Of a stretch of 64,000 bases of DNA, positions 19,631 to 30,318 are shown piece after piece. Below the pieces are notes generated by a model, which was not told where the DNA came from, ran no database searches, and saw only the letters and a program-made list of their open reading frames with translations. The stretch is from a virus. Position numbers and translations under genes: made by a program. The stretch spans positions 33,112-97,111 of the IMG/VR virus record IMGVR_UViG_3300002144_000072. One strand, given 5' to 3'. The first letter of the stretch is position 1, and each line of letters begins with the position of its first letter.

Positions 19631-19977
19631 TGTTCTAGCATCTTCTCTACAGAACGACTCTTCTTTAATTTTTGATAATGCTCGAAGTATTCATTTGTAG
19701 CTTCAAAATATCTACTAAACACTTCATCTTTAAACGCTTCTACATCTTCTATAAGAATAGGATTATCATTTACATCTAGCAGTACAACGCCGCTAGTGCG
19801 GCCTTTATTACACAACATTTCGACAAATGTTAAAAGAGTTTGGTCAATGTGAAACAAGCCGCCATTAAACCCGTAGGTTAATCTAGCTTCTGCTTTTTCT
19901 TTAAGAGTTTTACGTTGGATTGAAAATGTTTGCTTGTAATTAGCAAACTCCAGAGCTCGTTTGAGTTGCTCTTGCAT
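19627..19977 (-). CDS. Hypothetical protein
   Basis: AGGAG RBS; 116 aa. Confidence 0.8.
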   Translation of the reverse strand: MQEQLKRALEFANYKQTFSIQRKTLKEKAEARLTYGFNGGLFHIDQTLLTFVEMLCNKGRTSGVVLLDVNDNPILIEDVEAFKDEVFSRYFEATNEYFEHYQKLKKSRSVEKMLEQ

Positions 19978-20035
19978 GTTTTCTCCTTAATTAACTGCGC
20001 TGTTTATTTAGCGGCCAGCTGTTTCAAGGAAAAAT

Positions 20036-20926
20036 TTATCCGCCTATATTGGCTACAGTTAACGAAGTAGGAACATACTGTAGCCAGGTGCTCGAAGCAG
20101 GCAACAACGTTCCAGTTGGATATTTATAAGATGCTGATATTGTTAGTATACCGTCAACAGTATCTGGGCCAGCGCCCGTAGCAGTATGGCCATCTTGCAA
20201 ATCAACAAAAATTTCTAGGCTTGATGCAGTTGATCTAGCTGAAAGAGAATATGTGTTTGATCCGTACGGGCTGGAGGCAGAGGTTGAATAAAATGTTCTA
20301 TAATTACTATCTGTCCTATACCAATTAGTACCGTCTGTCGGTGATGTGCCTGCGCCTGGATTGTTGCCGCCAATGCCTTGTGTGCCCGCAGAACTTAATA
20401 GCGACGACCAACTTGTATTTTGAGATGTAGCAGTTCCACCAGCTCTAGCAGCACTTATTAATATTTGGCCGCCTGCATTGAAGAAGTATCTTGCAGCATT
20501 AGCATCTGCCCAAATAGCTGTCACTGTTGTCCTTAATTGCACCGACCAAGCACTAGTAAATGTTTTTGGAACGGCGGTGGCAACTCCAAATTGACCAGAT
20601 CCGACATTAAATCTGTTAGATGCAAGAGTCGCTGCTAACGTACTATAATAAGTGACTGGTTCGGTAGATGCATTAAATGCAACTGTTTGACCTTCGGTTT
20701 TACTAGGAACTGTTGCATAGCTACCATTCTGATGCAATGAAGCATTTAAAATGTCGTATCTTAAATTACTCCATTCGTTGACTGTGACTTTATTTCCTAT
20801 AGCAACACTTGCACTTATCGGAGTTTGTCCATACCCATAAGTTGCTGAGCCTGCACCGAGTACTTCAATGACAGCATTTCTAATGTTATTGTAGTCAGTG
20901 TACTTAATTGTGTCGTTAACGGCCAT
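20036..20926 (-). CDS. Virion structural protein (tail/baseplate-associated)
   Basis: S/T/G-rich; GYGQT and ARYFFN.GG motifs shared with the adjacent paralog. Confidence 0.65.
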   Translation of the reverse strand: MAVNDTIKYTDYNNIRNAVIEVLGAGSATYGYGQTPISASVAIGNKVTVNEWSNLRYDILNASLHQNGSYATVPSKTEGQTVAFNASTEPVTYYSTLAATLASNRFNVGSGQFGVATAVPKTFTSAWSVQLRTTVTAIWADANAARYFFNAGGQILISAARAGGTATSQNTSWSSLLSSAGTQGIGGNNPGAGTSPTDGTNWYRTDSNYRTFYSTSASSPYGSNTYSLSARSTASSLEIFVDLQDGHTATGAGPDTVDGILTISASYKYPTGTLLPASSTWLQYVPTSLTVANIGG

Positions 20927-20962
20927 GAATATATTCTTCTATATGAGTTTCTATTTAATATC

Positions 20963-21859
20963 TTACGATGCTATAATACTCGAAAGTGAGTACGAAGGAC
21001 TAGTTATAGCAAACGTTCCGCTAGGAAATAATGATCCAGCGGCTTTGACTTCGGCAACTGAAACTGTTAATGTTCCGTCTACACTATCGCCTGGGGGATC
21101 TATATGTGGATCAACATAGCTATCATTTAATGTAATCTTTATAGTCAACACTGTTGCTGTTCCAGATGAATTATCTGCAACATCAGTTTTAGCCTCTAGT
21201 ACGTAGTTGTTCGCAGAATAAGGCGTAGACAATGAGTTTTGATAATATGTTTGATATGCGTTAGTAAGTGTATAATAGTTAATAGCCGGATCAGTATTAG
21301 CTCCAAACGCTCTAGTTCCTACACTAGATAAAAATGTTTTCCACGCATTGACTTGTGCAGTTGTCGACCCCCCGGATATAATAGAATTAATCCTAACAGT
21401 GCCTCCACTATTAAAAAAGTATCTAGCTTCAGTAGGAGTGGAAAATGTCACAGTTAACTCAGATGTAGCTGTTAACGACCAAGTAGACGAATACGAAGTA
21501 GATGCTGCATTTGCAACAATAGATTGATTATTTGCTAGTACAAACCTGTTTGCAATAGCCTGATCTAATAAAGTGTCATAGTTGCTATTAGGTGATGATC
21601 CGCCATAGCCTATTGGATCTCCAACATTAACAGTGACAATAGCTGGCATAACTCCGTCTTGATGATATCGAATACTAGTGACATCATATCTCAATAGATC
21701 CCATTGAGCTTTAGTGATATTATTACCTGTAAAAACGTCAGCTGATTGTACGGTTTGACCATAACCTCGGGTGCCAGTACCTGTTCCTAACAAAGACTGA
21801 GCTTTATCCTGAATAGTAATATAGTCGGCTGCTGTTATTTGAGATCCTGAAGACGCCAT
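20963..21859 (-). CDS. Virion structural protein, paralog of 20036-20926
   Basis: GYGQT, W..LRYD, ARYFFNSGG, PYS.N.Y, DGTL shared. Confidence 0.65.
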   Translation of the reverse strand: MASSGSQITAADYITIQDKAQSLLGTGTGTRGYGQTVQSADVFTGNNITKAQWDLLRYDVTSIRYHQDGVMPAIVTVNVGDPIGYGGSSPNSNYDTLLDQAIANRFVLANNQSIVANAASTSYSSTWSLTATSELTVTFSTPTEARYFFNSGGTVRINSIISGGSTTAQVNAWKTFLSSVGTRAFGANTDPAINYYTLTNAYQTYYQNSLSTPYSANNYVLEAKTDVADNSSGTATVLTIKITLNDSYVDPHIDPPGDSVDGTLTVSVAEVKAAGSLFPSGTFAITSPSYSLSSIIAS

Positions 21860-21868
21860 TTGTTATCC

Positions 21869-23671
21869 TTAAACTTTAAGTACACACTCAACTAACTTTT
21901 CAGCGTCGTCTGCGTTTGATTCTAATGCAACACCAACCATTGCAGTTGTTGCTACTGTTGTGCATACGCCGTCGATCCAAGCATACACAACTTGACCTTT
22001 TTTAACAGCACCTTTAACACGCACAGGAACACGACCTGTAAGTGCAATATATTGCCCTTCGGCATCACTATTCATCATAATTGCTGGGTTTGTTGAAACA
22101 ACACCAATACAATGATTACTTGCAGTTGCTGGCTCTACTTCATGCTCTTCACACGTACATACTGCCACTGCTGTACCTGGCACTAGTTCAATTGCTGTTG
22201 TGTATTTTTCTGCTAAGTCAGCATAGCGAGCTGCGGTTGCAGTTCCGTTGAATAAATTAGCAGTAATATTTCCACTAGAATCTCTAGCAGCAATACTATA
22301 TGCAGTTGCACTTAGTCTAGCCGTTCTGTATTTGGTACTCGTTGTACCATCATTCCACGTTGGGTCTGATAATGCATCAGTTTTATCTATAAATGTTCTA
22401 TCTACTTTGTCAGCAATACCAATAAATTGAGTTGCATATATGTTGCCAGTAGCATCACGCACCGGAATCGTAGCAACTGCTGACCCCGGAACTGCCACTG
22501 ACGGTTCTAAGTCGTTTAACTTACCAGAGTTTGTTGCTGTTGCTGCTGATCCTGTCACAGAACCAGTGAGTGTACCAACAATGTTTGCTCCGGCATACCC
22601 AATTTGCTTAGTTGTTCCGTCAATCATTATCTGACTGTCAGACGAATAAACATTACCGTAATGACTACCTGTAGTAGTACCAGTAGCATTGCCTGTTAGA
22701 TTACCAGTAAACACAGTAGAATAAACGTTGCTCCACTTAGATAGTGACGATCCTAATGTATAAGCATTGTTATCTGCTGGTACTACTCCTGTAGAGGTAA
22801 TAACTGCAATGTCTCGCTCGTCTGTTGTTTCTGCAACAGAAATTCTAAATGTAATCGAATTGCCTAATCGGTTCTCGAAAATAGCTTCGTCACCATTTTC
22901 AATACGGATTCGTATGTCGTTGCCGTCACCAATTTGTATGCCCGTATCTGCAAACGATACTTCTTCAGTGAACGCATTGTCGCCCTTTCTCAAGAACTGG
23001 TCAGCGCCAACACCTCCTAGTTGAATTGCATTTTGTGTTGTGCCCCACATGATGTAATCATCAGTAGAAACACCTGTTTGAGATTTAGCAAGGGTAAACC
23101 CTTTCTTAATAACTGAAAAGTCTTCAATTGTATTCTGTGCATTATCAAGTGTAAATGCAGTTTTGCTAAAGATACCAATTACTTTGCTATCTGCAATAAT
23201 TTTTAAAATAGTGTGAGGGCCAACTGTGGTCGACACTGTACCTTTTACAGTATCCGGGCTCACCGTCGATGTGCCTAGATCCGGGCTCGAAACTGGACCA
23301 ACAAGAGTAAAGTCTACACCGTTCCATGCATATAACTGTTTTGCAGAACTATCCCACCAAAAATCACCTGACGCTAATCCGCTTGGAGCAGTAGCACTAA
23401 CTTCAGCGCCGCCGGCTAGTTTAAATCTAGAACCGTTATAAAATTTTAGCTTTTGATTTGCAGAATCGTACCATATCTGACCAGTCACAACCTTGGGTGG
23501 TGCTGTAGTATTTGAAAAAGATTCTAGTAAGTGCAAGAAATTTTCGTTCTGTACTTCGCCATAACCGGCGTAGTTTTTACCCACAAATCTAAGATCTGTT
23601 GTAGTATCAATAGTGCCATCCGCTACTGATACTAGGAATGTTCCGTTAAATTTATCTACTTGATATGCCAT
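21869..23671 (-). CDS. Tail fibre protein with a C-terminal chaperone-like domain
   Basis: Shared N-terminal GKNY.GYGE..NENF module; C-terminal ARYADLAEKY...IGVVST.P...GRVPVRV. Confidence 0.7.
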   Translation of the reverse strand: MAYQVDKFNGTFLVSVADGTIDTTTDLRFVGKNYAGYGEVQNENFLHLLESFSNTTAPPKVVTGQIWYDSANQKLKFYNGSRFKLAGGAEVSATAPSGLASGDFWWDSSAKQLYAWNGVDFTLVGPVSSPDLGTSTVSPDTVKGTVSTTVGPHTILKIIADSKVIGIFSKTAFTLDNAQNTIEDFSVIKKGFTLAKSQTGVSTDDYIMWGTTQNAIQLGGVGADQFLRKGDNAFTEEVSFADTGIQIGDGNDIRIRIENGDEAIFENRLGNSITFRISVAETTDERDIAVITSTGVVPADNNAYTLGSSLSKWSNVYSTVFTGNLTGNATGTTTGSHYGNVYSSDSQIMIDGTTKQIGYAGANIVGTLTGSVTGSAATATNSGKLNDLEPSVAVPGSAVATIPVRDATGNIYATQFIGIADKVDRTFIDKTDALSDPTWNDGTTSTKYRTARLSATAYSIAARDSSGNITANLFNGTATAARYADLAEKYTTAIELVPGTAVAVCTCEEHEVEPATASNHCIGVVSTNPAIMMNSDAEGQYIALTGRVPVRVKGAVKKGQVVYAWIDGVCTTVATTAMVGVALESNADDAEKLVECVLKV

Positions 23672-23693
23672 TCTGTTAGCCCCTAATGTCTAT

Positions 23694-23700
23694 TATTTAT
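23694..23700 (-). promoter_or_regulatory. Late promoter core ATAAATA
   Basis: Intergenic, 22 nt upstream of the tail fibre start. Confidence 0.55.
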
Positions 23701-23704
23701 TGTA

Positions 23705-24061
23705 TTAAACTATACGAGCAGCAGCGTCTTCTCGCTGTTGTTCGAGTGTTAAATATTCTTCTTCTGTTAAACTAGTTGTAATACCCAATGCTTTTTGTCT
23801 AATATGACGTAGCACTTTCCAGTCTGTACTGTTTAAATATTCTCGTTCTGTGCCGTTTGCTAGCTCAGTTTCTTTCTGTGCAGTTATTTCAGACGACATC
23901 AGTAAAACACTATTTGATGCAACATCAAAATAGTGCGTTTGACCTTCTATACTAGTATACTCTTCATCAGTGATCGGTGAAACTGTCACTGTTGCAGGAA
24001 CCGACGGTTCGTAGTTTAATATACTAATTACTGTGTTATTTTCTATACATACGTAGTGCAT
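23705..24061 (-). CDS. Tail fibre assembly chaperone-like protein; start revised to 24061
   Basis: Small acidic ORF after a fibre gene; YLNSTDWKVLR...R motif. Confidence 0.55.
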   Translation of the reverse strand: MHYVCIENNTVISILNYEPSVPATVTVSPITDEEYTSIEGQTHYFDVASNSVLLMSSEITAQKETELANGTEREYLNSTDWKVLRHIRQKALGITTSLTEEEYLTLEQQREDAAARIV

Positions 24062-24063
24062 TA

Positions 24064-26337
24064 TTAGCTCCAAATTGCCATGTAGTTTGCCGCTGGTGTA
24101 GAGCGTTGTTCGGTGTTCTGTACATAAACTCTAACCCTATCTGCTAGTTGACTCCAGGTACAACGTAGCGAGTCGTTGCCATCAACTCCGCCTGCATAAT
24201 GTATCACTGCAATCGACGGAACAAATGCTACTAGGTTGCCCATTGTTTTGCCGGCCGGTGGAAAAACGTCAAAATAGTTAGCACCGTTATTAAACGAGCC
24301 AACTTGATTAGTGAATCCTGTTGTGCTGTAAACAGTATTGCCGTATGTAAATGTATACTGTGGTAGTCGACCGTCAACATATGTTTTAGTAGCAGCATGG
24401 TTAGCAGCAGTAGGTGCTCCAACTAGTGTTAAATACCCTGACATTGTTCCGCCAGCTAACGGAACTTTTGTAGTGTCAGATGCTGTCACAGTTATGTCAG
24501 CACTTCCGTTAAAGCTAACTCCGTTGATACTTCTAGCAGTTTGTAATGTTGTTGCTGTTGTAGCATTACCACTAACATTACCAGTTAAACTTGCAGTGAT
24601 AGTACCTGCTACAAAATTACCACTACTGTCTCTAGCAACTACTTTACTTGCTGTGTTTGCTGAAGTAGCATCAACTGAAATTGTGACTCCGACTGTTGAA
24701 CTAAACGAATCAACACTACCGCTAGTAGAAGTGTTAATCATATTAACATAACTACCCTTGGTTAACTGTTCAAGTGTTAACGATTCCCAAGATGGGCCAC
24801 TAGCCCTTGCTCGTAGTACATAGTTGTCTGCTCCTAATCCTAGCATCGATGTTGTACCGGCTGCTGTCTGATAAGGTATTGCACCTAGGCCGCCGCCTAC
24901 AATGTTAGTTGCAGTTGTTGCCAGTGTCGATGTATCAGCATTTCCAACTAAGCTGTTAGCATAGATGTTGTTAAACTTATATCCTACGATACCTAAGTTT
25001 GTTGTATTGTCTCCAATAATTGCAGGAGCACTTGGGCCGCCTAACGATAAGGAAGTTGCAGAATCTACAAACGAAATATCAGGACCAGTTGACCCCATAT
25101 CAAAATTCAATGTACCGGTTTGCGATCTAATAGTAGGAATTGACGAATCAACTTGTAATCTAAGTTGTCCTGAGCTACCTATGCTAATTCCGCTGTCTGC
25201 AACTGATACATCAATTAATGTACCTACTCGTTGTAAACTAGATACTGTGACTGTAGAATTGAGTGTTGTTCCGGTAATTGTGCTTGCTGCTGCTGGAACT
25301 GTTATATCACTAGTTCCGTTAAAACTTACCCCATTGATAGATCTAGTTGTTTCTAGTTGTGATGCACTAAATGCATTTCCACTTAGTGTTGCGCCAACAA
25401 AGTTAGTAGCCCGTACTTCATTAAATGTAGATACGCCGCTGTCTGCTGTCACATTCCCTGATAAGTTTCCTGAGAATGATGCAGTAATTAATCCTGCAGA
25501 AAAGCCGCCTTGAGCATTACGTGCAACGAGCTTGCCTATTACATTCGAGGATGTAGCATCAACTGACCACGTTTGTTGAGTAGTACCATCAAAATTACTT
25601 CCAGTAATATAATCACCCTTTATAAGTGAATTAGTTGTGGATGCTCTAATTGTTATATTTTGTTGACCATCAAATGCAACATTGTTGATAAACCGGCTAT
25701 TTGTTAATTTTTCAGCGCTAGCTGCACTACCAGTCACATCGCCGTTAATCTTTTTACCGTCAGCAAGGTTAATACCTGCAATTAAATTATTACTAATACC
25801 TAAAATTGAAAATGCAGGATTGATTGTAAATGCTTCTGCTGTTATAACAGCAACCGCAGTATCGTTGGTTTCTATAATTATAACTGGCTTAGGATTTCCT
25901 AGATAGTCATCAACTGATGCTGACCTAGCTCTAGTATTACCGAATCCGTCAACTGCTTCTGGACCAATAAATCTCCACTCAGTTCCTGTCCACACATTTA
26001 GTGTATTAACAGGAGTCTTCAACCATAATGCGCCCGGTTTTGGATCTGTTAACGGTATATCAGATAATGCTGCGGATCCAACAATCGCCCAACTAGTACC
26101 ATCATATACATTAAGCACTCCGTTGGCTGAATCAAACCATAGCTGACCTTGCATCGGCCGGGACGGAGCAGATTCGTTAGCGAAGTTTTCTAATAGGTAT
26201 ACAAAATTTTCATTTTGCGTTTCGCCGTATCCTACATAGTTTCTGCCTACAAGGCCGAGACTAGTTGAGGTATTAATAGTTCCATCTTCAAGAACTATTA
26301 ATTGTTCTCCGCTGTATTTGTTAATTATATAGGCCAT
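24064..26337 (-). CDS. Tail fibre protein
   Basis: Shared N-terminal module; three R.IN.V.F.G..[DN]IT repeats; PLAGGTMSG; AATKTYVD. Confidence 0.75.
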   Translation of the reverse strand: MAYIINKYSGEQLIVLEDGTINTSTSLGLVGRNYVGYGETQNENFVYLLENFANESAPSRPMQGQLWFDSANGVLNVYDGTSWAIVGSAALSDIPLTDPKPGALWLKTPVNTLNVWTGTEWRFIGPEAVDGFGNTRARSASVDDYLGNPKPVIIIETNDTAVAVITAEAFTINPAFSILGISNNLIAGINLADGKKINGDVTGSAASAEKLTNSRFINNVAFDGQQNITIRASTTNSLIKGDYITGSNFDGTTQQTWSVDATSSNVIGKLVARNAQGGFSAGLITASFSGNLSGNVTADSGVSTFNEVRATNFVGATLSGNAFSASQLETTRSINGVSFNGTSDITVPAAASTITGTTLNSTVTVSSLQRVGTLIDVSVADSGISIGSSGQLRLQVDSSIPTIRSQTGTLNFDMGSTGPDISFVDSATSLSLGGPSAPAIIGDNTTNLGIVGYKFNNIYANSLVGNADTSTLATTATNIVGGGLGAIPYQTAAGTTSMLGLGADNYVLRARASGPSWESLTLEQLTKGSYVNMINTSTSGSVDSFSSTVGVTISVDATSANTASKVVARDSSGNFVAGTITASLTGNVSGNATTATTLQTARSINGVSFNGSADITVTASDTTKVPLAGGTMSGYLTLVGAPTAANHAATKTYVDGRLPQYTFTYGNTVYSTTGFTNQVGSFNNGANYFDVFPPAGKTMGNLVAFVPSIAVIHYAGGVDGNDSLRCTWSQLADRVRVYVQNTEQRSTPAANYMAIWS

Positions 26338-26357
26338 CTATGCCGCTCCTGAATTCA

Positions 26358-28187
26358 TTATGCTGGTAAAATTATATCGCTATCATGTTGCCAATATCTA
26401 GATCCTGCAAGACCTGCTATTGAAAACTGTTTAACAATTCTCGTGGTCGATACCGACTGCCCTGGAATAGTAGCTGTTGGGAACGAGATATTAGTGACTG
26501 CCGGAGCAGTTGCGCCGCCTAGGTTTGTTAAGAACTGTGCCGTTGACTGTGATGGAGGTAAAGAGTTAATAGCTAAGTTTACGCTTGAATTACTAATCAA
26601 ATTACACAACACTCTTGCAACAGTTCCTGTTCTAAACTCTGTAGGGGGAGCAAGATTATTTAAAATATTTGCAATAATGTATGTGTTTGGTTTACCGTCT
26701 GATAAATCAATACTGAATACTAAAGGTCTGCTTTCTATACGATTGTCAGTATATTCTTTTGTTGCTGCATCTTGTTCAGCTGCAGGATCTGCAAGACCTG
26801 TAATTTTCGGACTACCAATTAGTGCAACATTGCCAGCACCGTCTGGTGCTAACTCAATGTCTAAATCGCTAGACAATGTAGAAATCCTGTTATCTGCTAA
26901 TCTCAAATAAGCAGGATCTAAGGCACCACCTGGGCCAACGTTAACCACAGTTTGCTTACCAAAAGACGTCACACCCGGAATACTAGTAATTGCAGAACCT
27001 AAACTATTTCCGTTAATAACTAATGTATCTCCGATATATAGTGCTTTTCCCGATGCTAAATTTATTGTTTCTGAAATATCTAGCCAATTGTCTGATGTAG
27101 AATAAGCAATTGTTTTATCAGTGGCGCCTTTGATTGTAAGGCCTGCGCCGTTTGCGGTGTCATCAGTTGGAGATGCTACGTTAGCAATAATGATATTAGT
27201 ATCTTCAACAGTTAGTGTTTCGGTATTAAGTACCGTCTGTGTTCCCTCAACAGTTAAGTTGCCTATAACTGTTAAATCGCCGCCGATAGTGGTCACACTA
27301 TCAGTAAAGCCATCATATATATCAACTGTTCTATTAACTGCACTAATAGAAATAGCATCTTCTTGATCGATACCTTTTCTAACGTTTAGTACTAATTTTT
27401 TATCAGTTGATGCATTAGACATGTAAACATCACCTGCCGTCACATACAAGTTTAACTGACCTGCACTACCTACAACTAGACCAAGGTCTGTAGTAATACG
27501 TAGTTGGCCCTCAAGAGCATTTGACGTATCTCTTCGAATATAAATTGTTGCTGCGGCGCCACCTAACTGCTCTGCATTGGTACAGGTCACATCAAACTTA
27601 ATTCCTGCTAATGTACCAGCATTAAATCCTGGTCCAATGCTTCCACTGTATCCAATGATGTCATTTTTAGGTGTAAAACTATCTTTAGCAAATATTCCTA
27701 GTAGGATACCGTTATTATAAAGATATGTGACTACTCGAGTTTGGTTAAGTGTATCAAGAATACTATCTACCTTTAGTCCGCTTAATCCTTGTGTATTTGA
27801 ATAAGCAGGACCAATCAAGATCGGAGTAGTACCGTCAAAGAAATATAGCTGGCCGCCTACGTCGTCCCACCACAAATCTCCAATTGCCAATGTACTAGGC
27901 TGTGTGTTTGAAATTGTAGCAGAACTTACAGGAATAAAACTACTGCCGTTATAGACCTTTAGTTTTAACTCGCTGGTATCATACCAAATTTGACCTTTGA
28001 TAGGATGTGTCGGAGCTGACGTACTAGAAAAGTTTTCTAGTAGCTTGATTAAATTCTCATTAAATGCTTCGCCGAATCCGCTGTAATTTTTACCAATAAG
28101 AGTAAGGTCAGTGGATAAATTATCTACTTGACCGTCTGCTACCGTTGCTACAATAGTTCCGTCTGTCTTGTTTATTTGATATGCCAT
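26358..28187 (-). CDS. Tail fibre-like protein
   Basis: Shared N-terminal module; GNLTVEGT; DAATKEY. Confidence 0.7.
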   Translation of the reverse strand: MAYQINKTDGTIVATVADGQVDNLSTDLTLIGKNYSGFGEAFNENLIKLLENFSSTSAPTHPIKGQIWYDTSELKLKVYNGSSFIPVSSATISNTQPSTLAIGDLWWDDVGGQLYFFDGTTPILIGPAYSNTQGLSGLKVDSILDTLNQTRVVTYLYNNGILLGIFAKDSFTPKNDIIGYSGSIGPGFNAGTLAGIKFDVTCTNAEQLGGAAATIYIRRDTSNALEGQLRITTDLGLVVGSAGQLNLYVTAGDVYMSNASTDKKLVLNVRKGIDQEDAISISAVNRTVDIYDGFTDSVTTIGGDLTVIGNLTVEGTQTVLNTETLTVEDTNIIIANVASPTDDTANGAGLTIKGATDKTIAYSTSDNWLDISETINLASGKALYIGDTLVINGNSLGSAITSIPGVTSFGKQTVVNVGPGGALDPAYLRLADNRISTLSSDLDIELAPDGAGNVALIGSPKITGLADPAAEQDAATKEYTDNRIESRPLVFSIDLSDGKPNTYIIANILNNLAPPTEFRTGTVARVLCNLISNSSVNLAINSLPPSQSTAQFLTNLGGATAPAVTNISFPTATIPGQSVSTTRIVKQFSIAGLAGSRYWQHDSDIILPA

Positions 28188-28203
28188 ATTTCCATCGACC
28201 TAA

Positions 28204-30315
28204 TTAGAATGCGGGTGGTCCAGATCTAATGATATAATTAATCGTTAGATATGGGTTCATAATACCAACAGCAGTGCTTAATGTTGTTCCTGAAGGCTTT
28301 TTAATTCCTCCAGAATCTTTCAGATACTGTGCCTGACCCGGAGCAGTAGGACCTAGTCCTGTCACTGCGTCTGGATCAATTGTTGTTGTGACTGCTACTG
28401 CTGCGTAGTCTTGTCTTGCAGAACTTAATGAGTGACTATGTTCTGGAAGATTTGCTAGTGTTAGTGTAGTCGAGCTCTGTCCTGCATCACCACCTAGTGT
28501 TTGGGCTTTGATGTCTGGAACTCGACTTGCCGTGCCGCCACCGGCATCGACATAGCCACCTGATGCAATAGGAACAGTTCCAGCATTATCCATGTTATCA
28601 CGTCCCAGTGGAAATCTTCCTCTAAGATCTGGTAATCTAAACGTACCTACACCTACAAGTGCAGTTATTCCGTTGTATGCTGTTCCGATTGTATCATATA
28701 AAGAGGAATACTTTGTTCTTTCTACTTCGGATCCGTCGCAGAATAAAAACCCGTAAGGTGCAGATGATCCTGCATACGGAAGTATAGCTCCCATTGGAAT
28801 TCCTAAGTCTCCAACAAATGTGTCTCTTGTTTGTTTTAATAGACCTGAGGAAGTTGACGCCGCTTCGCTAGCTCTATAAGTTAGAATAAAGTCTGAAGTT
28901 TTAGATACGTTAGGAAACGGAGTGTCTTTTCCAGAAATAATATTAGCTGTAAGAGACGTGTTGAATACTTTTGTATAGCTACCTACTTGTCCGTCAAACT
29001 GTACTGCAGGAGAAATAACATCTCCTGATAGCTGAAAACTTGTGACATTGCGTAAGCTAGTAGCTGTATTAGAATTTCCGCTGATGTTGCCTTCTAGCAC
29101 ACCTTGAATAGTGTCAGCAATAATAGTTTTTGCTCTAACAGTATCCCAGCGTTTTAAACTTGTTCCTAGATCATAAGTGTCGGTAGTTTTAGGCTGAATG
29201 TTGTTGACCTGCAATGTACCAGTTATGTCGGCGCCGTCACCAACTAATAGATTCTTTGTTATCGATGCGCCACCTGCTGTTCGAATACTACCGTTATTAA
29301 GATTAGTGCTAGAAGTGGTACTAGTGACAATAACTGCACCAGTTAATGTAATATTACCATCTATGTCTAATGTTTCAGTTGGATCTGCTTTGTTGATACC
29401 AATTCTATTATCAACAACTTTCAAAACAGTTGACGGAATGCCATTTCTGTTTGTCTGAATATCAATCGAACTACCTGCTGCAGAGTTGTAAATTTTAGCA
29501 GCAGTAGTTGTATTAGAAATATTAAATGTTCCGTCAACTCCTAGGGTAATACCATTGTTATTCCTAACGTTAAATCCGTAGTCAGTTGTATTGATAACAT
29601 CGGATCTTAAAAATTTACCGGCAGCAACAGCAACACCTGCAACATTCAGTGCGTCTGAATTTTTTGCTGTGCCATATAGTGTTGGCAAAAAGCCGCCAAC
29701 AAATTCTGCAATTTCAGTACCAGTTGCTGGGGATGAAACGTTAATGCCGGATCTAATGATATCAAATCCGGAAATTAAAACTTTAGGCGTAAAGCTGTCT
29801 TTTGAGAAAACAATTATAGGAATGTCTGCAATATAAAATGTTAAAATATATTTTGTTAAGTTGTCAGAGTCAGCAATGCTTTCGACCACTGGGCCGTATC
29901 GCAGACCGTCAACTGAACTTTCACTCGGACCAACTAATAACCATCGAGTTCCGGTAAAAATACGCAGTTGTTGATTAGTAGTATCAACCCATAACTCTCC
30001 AACTTTACTATCAGACACTGCTGGTTCTGATGGGCCTTTTTGGATACCCGATGCTGCTTTCCATGCAGTATTGTCCCATAGCATTAGTACGCCGTTCGTA
30101 CTGTCATACCAGATTTGACCTTCGATAGGATTAATTGGTTGAGTTGAGCTAGCAAAATTTTCCAATAATGCTAAAAAGTTTTCTGCAATAATTTGACCAT
30201 AACCTGTGACATTTCTGCCAGGAAATGTTAAACTTGTATCTGTACTCGAAGTATTATCAAATACAGTAATTGGAGTTTTATTATCGCTGTCTGTAAAATT
30301 AACGGTATATGGCAT
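28204..30315 (-). CDS. Tail fibre protein with a phage tail-collar domain
   Basis: PMGAILPYAG..AP.GFLFCDG...LPDLRGRFPLG...MNPYLTINYII. Confidence 0.85.
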   Translation of the reverse strand: MPYTVNFTDSDNKTPITVFDNTSSTDTSLTFPGRNVTGYGQIIAENFLALLENFASSTQPINPIEGQIWYDSTNGVLMLWDNTAWKAASGIQKGPSEPAVSDSKVGELWVDTTNQQLRIFTGTRWLLVGPSESSVDGLRYGPVVESIADSDNLTKYILTFYIADIPIIVFSKDSFTPKVLISGFDIIRSGINVSSPATGTEIAEFVGGFLPTLYGTAKNSDALNVAGVAVAAGKFLRSDVINTTDYGFNVRNNNGITLGVDGTFNISNTTTAAKIYNSAAGSSIDIQTNRNGIPSTVLKVVDNRIGINKADPTETLDIDGNITLTGAVIVTSTTSSTNLNNGSIRTAGGASITKNLLVGDGADITGTLQVNNIQPKTTDTYDLGTSLKRWDTVRAKTIIADTIQGVLEGNISGNSNTATSLRNVTSFQLSGDVISPAVQFDGQVGSYTKVFNTSLTANIISGKDTPFPNVSKTSDFILTYRASEAASTSSGLLKQTRDTFVGDLGIPMGAILPYAGSSAPYGFLFCDGSEVERTKYSSLYDTIGTAYNGITALVGVGTFRLPDLRGRFPLGRDNMDNAGTVPIASGGYVDAGGGTASRVPDIKAQTLGGDAGQSSTTLTLANLPEHSHSLSSARQDYAAVAVTTTIDPDAVTGLGPTAPGQAQYLKDSGGIKKPSGTTLSTAVGIMNPYLTINYIIRSGPPAF

Positions 30316-30318
30316 CTA

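Noticed and set aside
21869-30315. Diversity-generating retroelement or invertible tail-fibre cassette
   Set aside because: No reverse transcriptase, recombinase or template/variable repeat pair was seen in the window.
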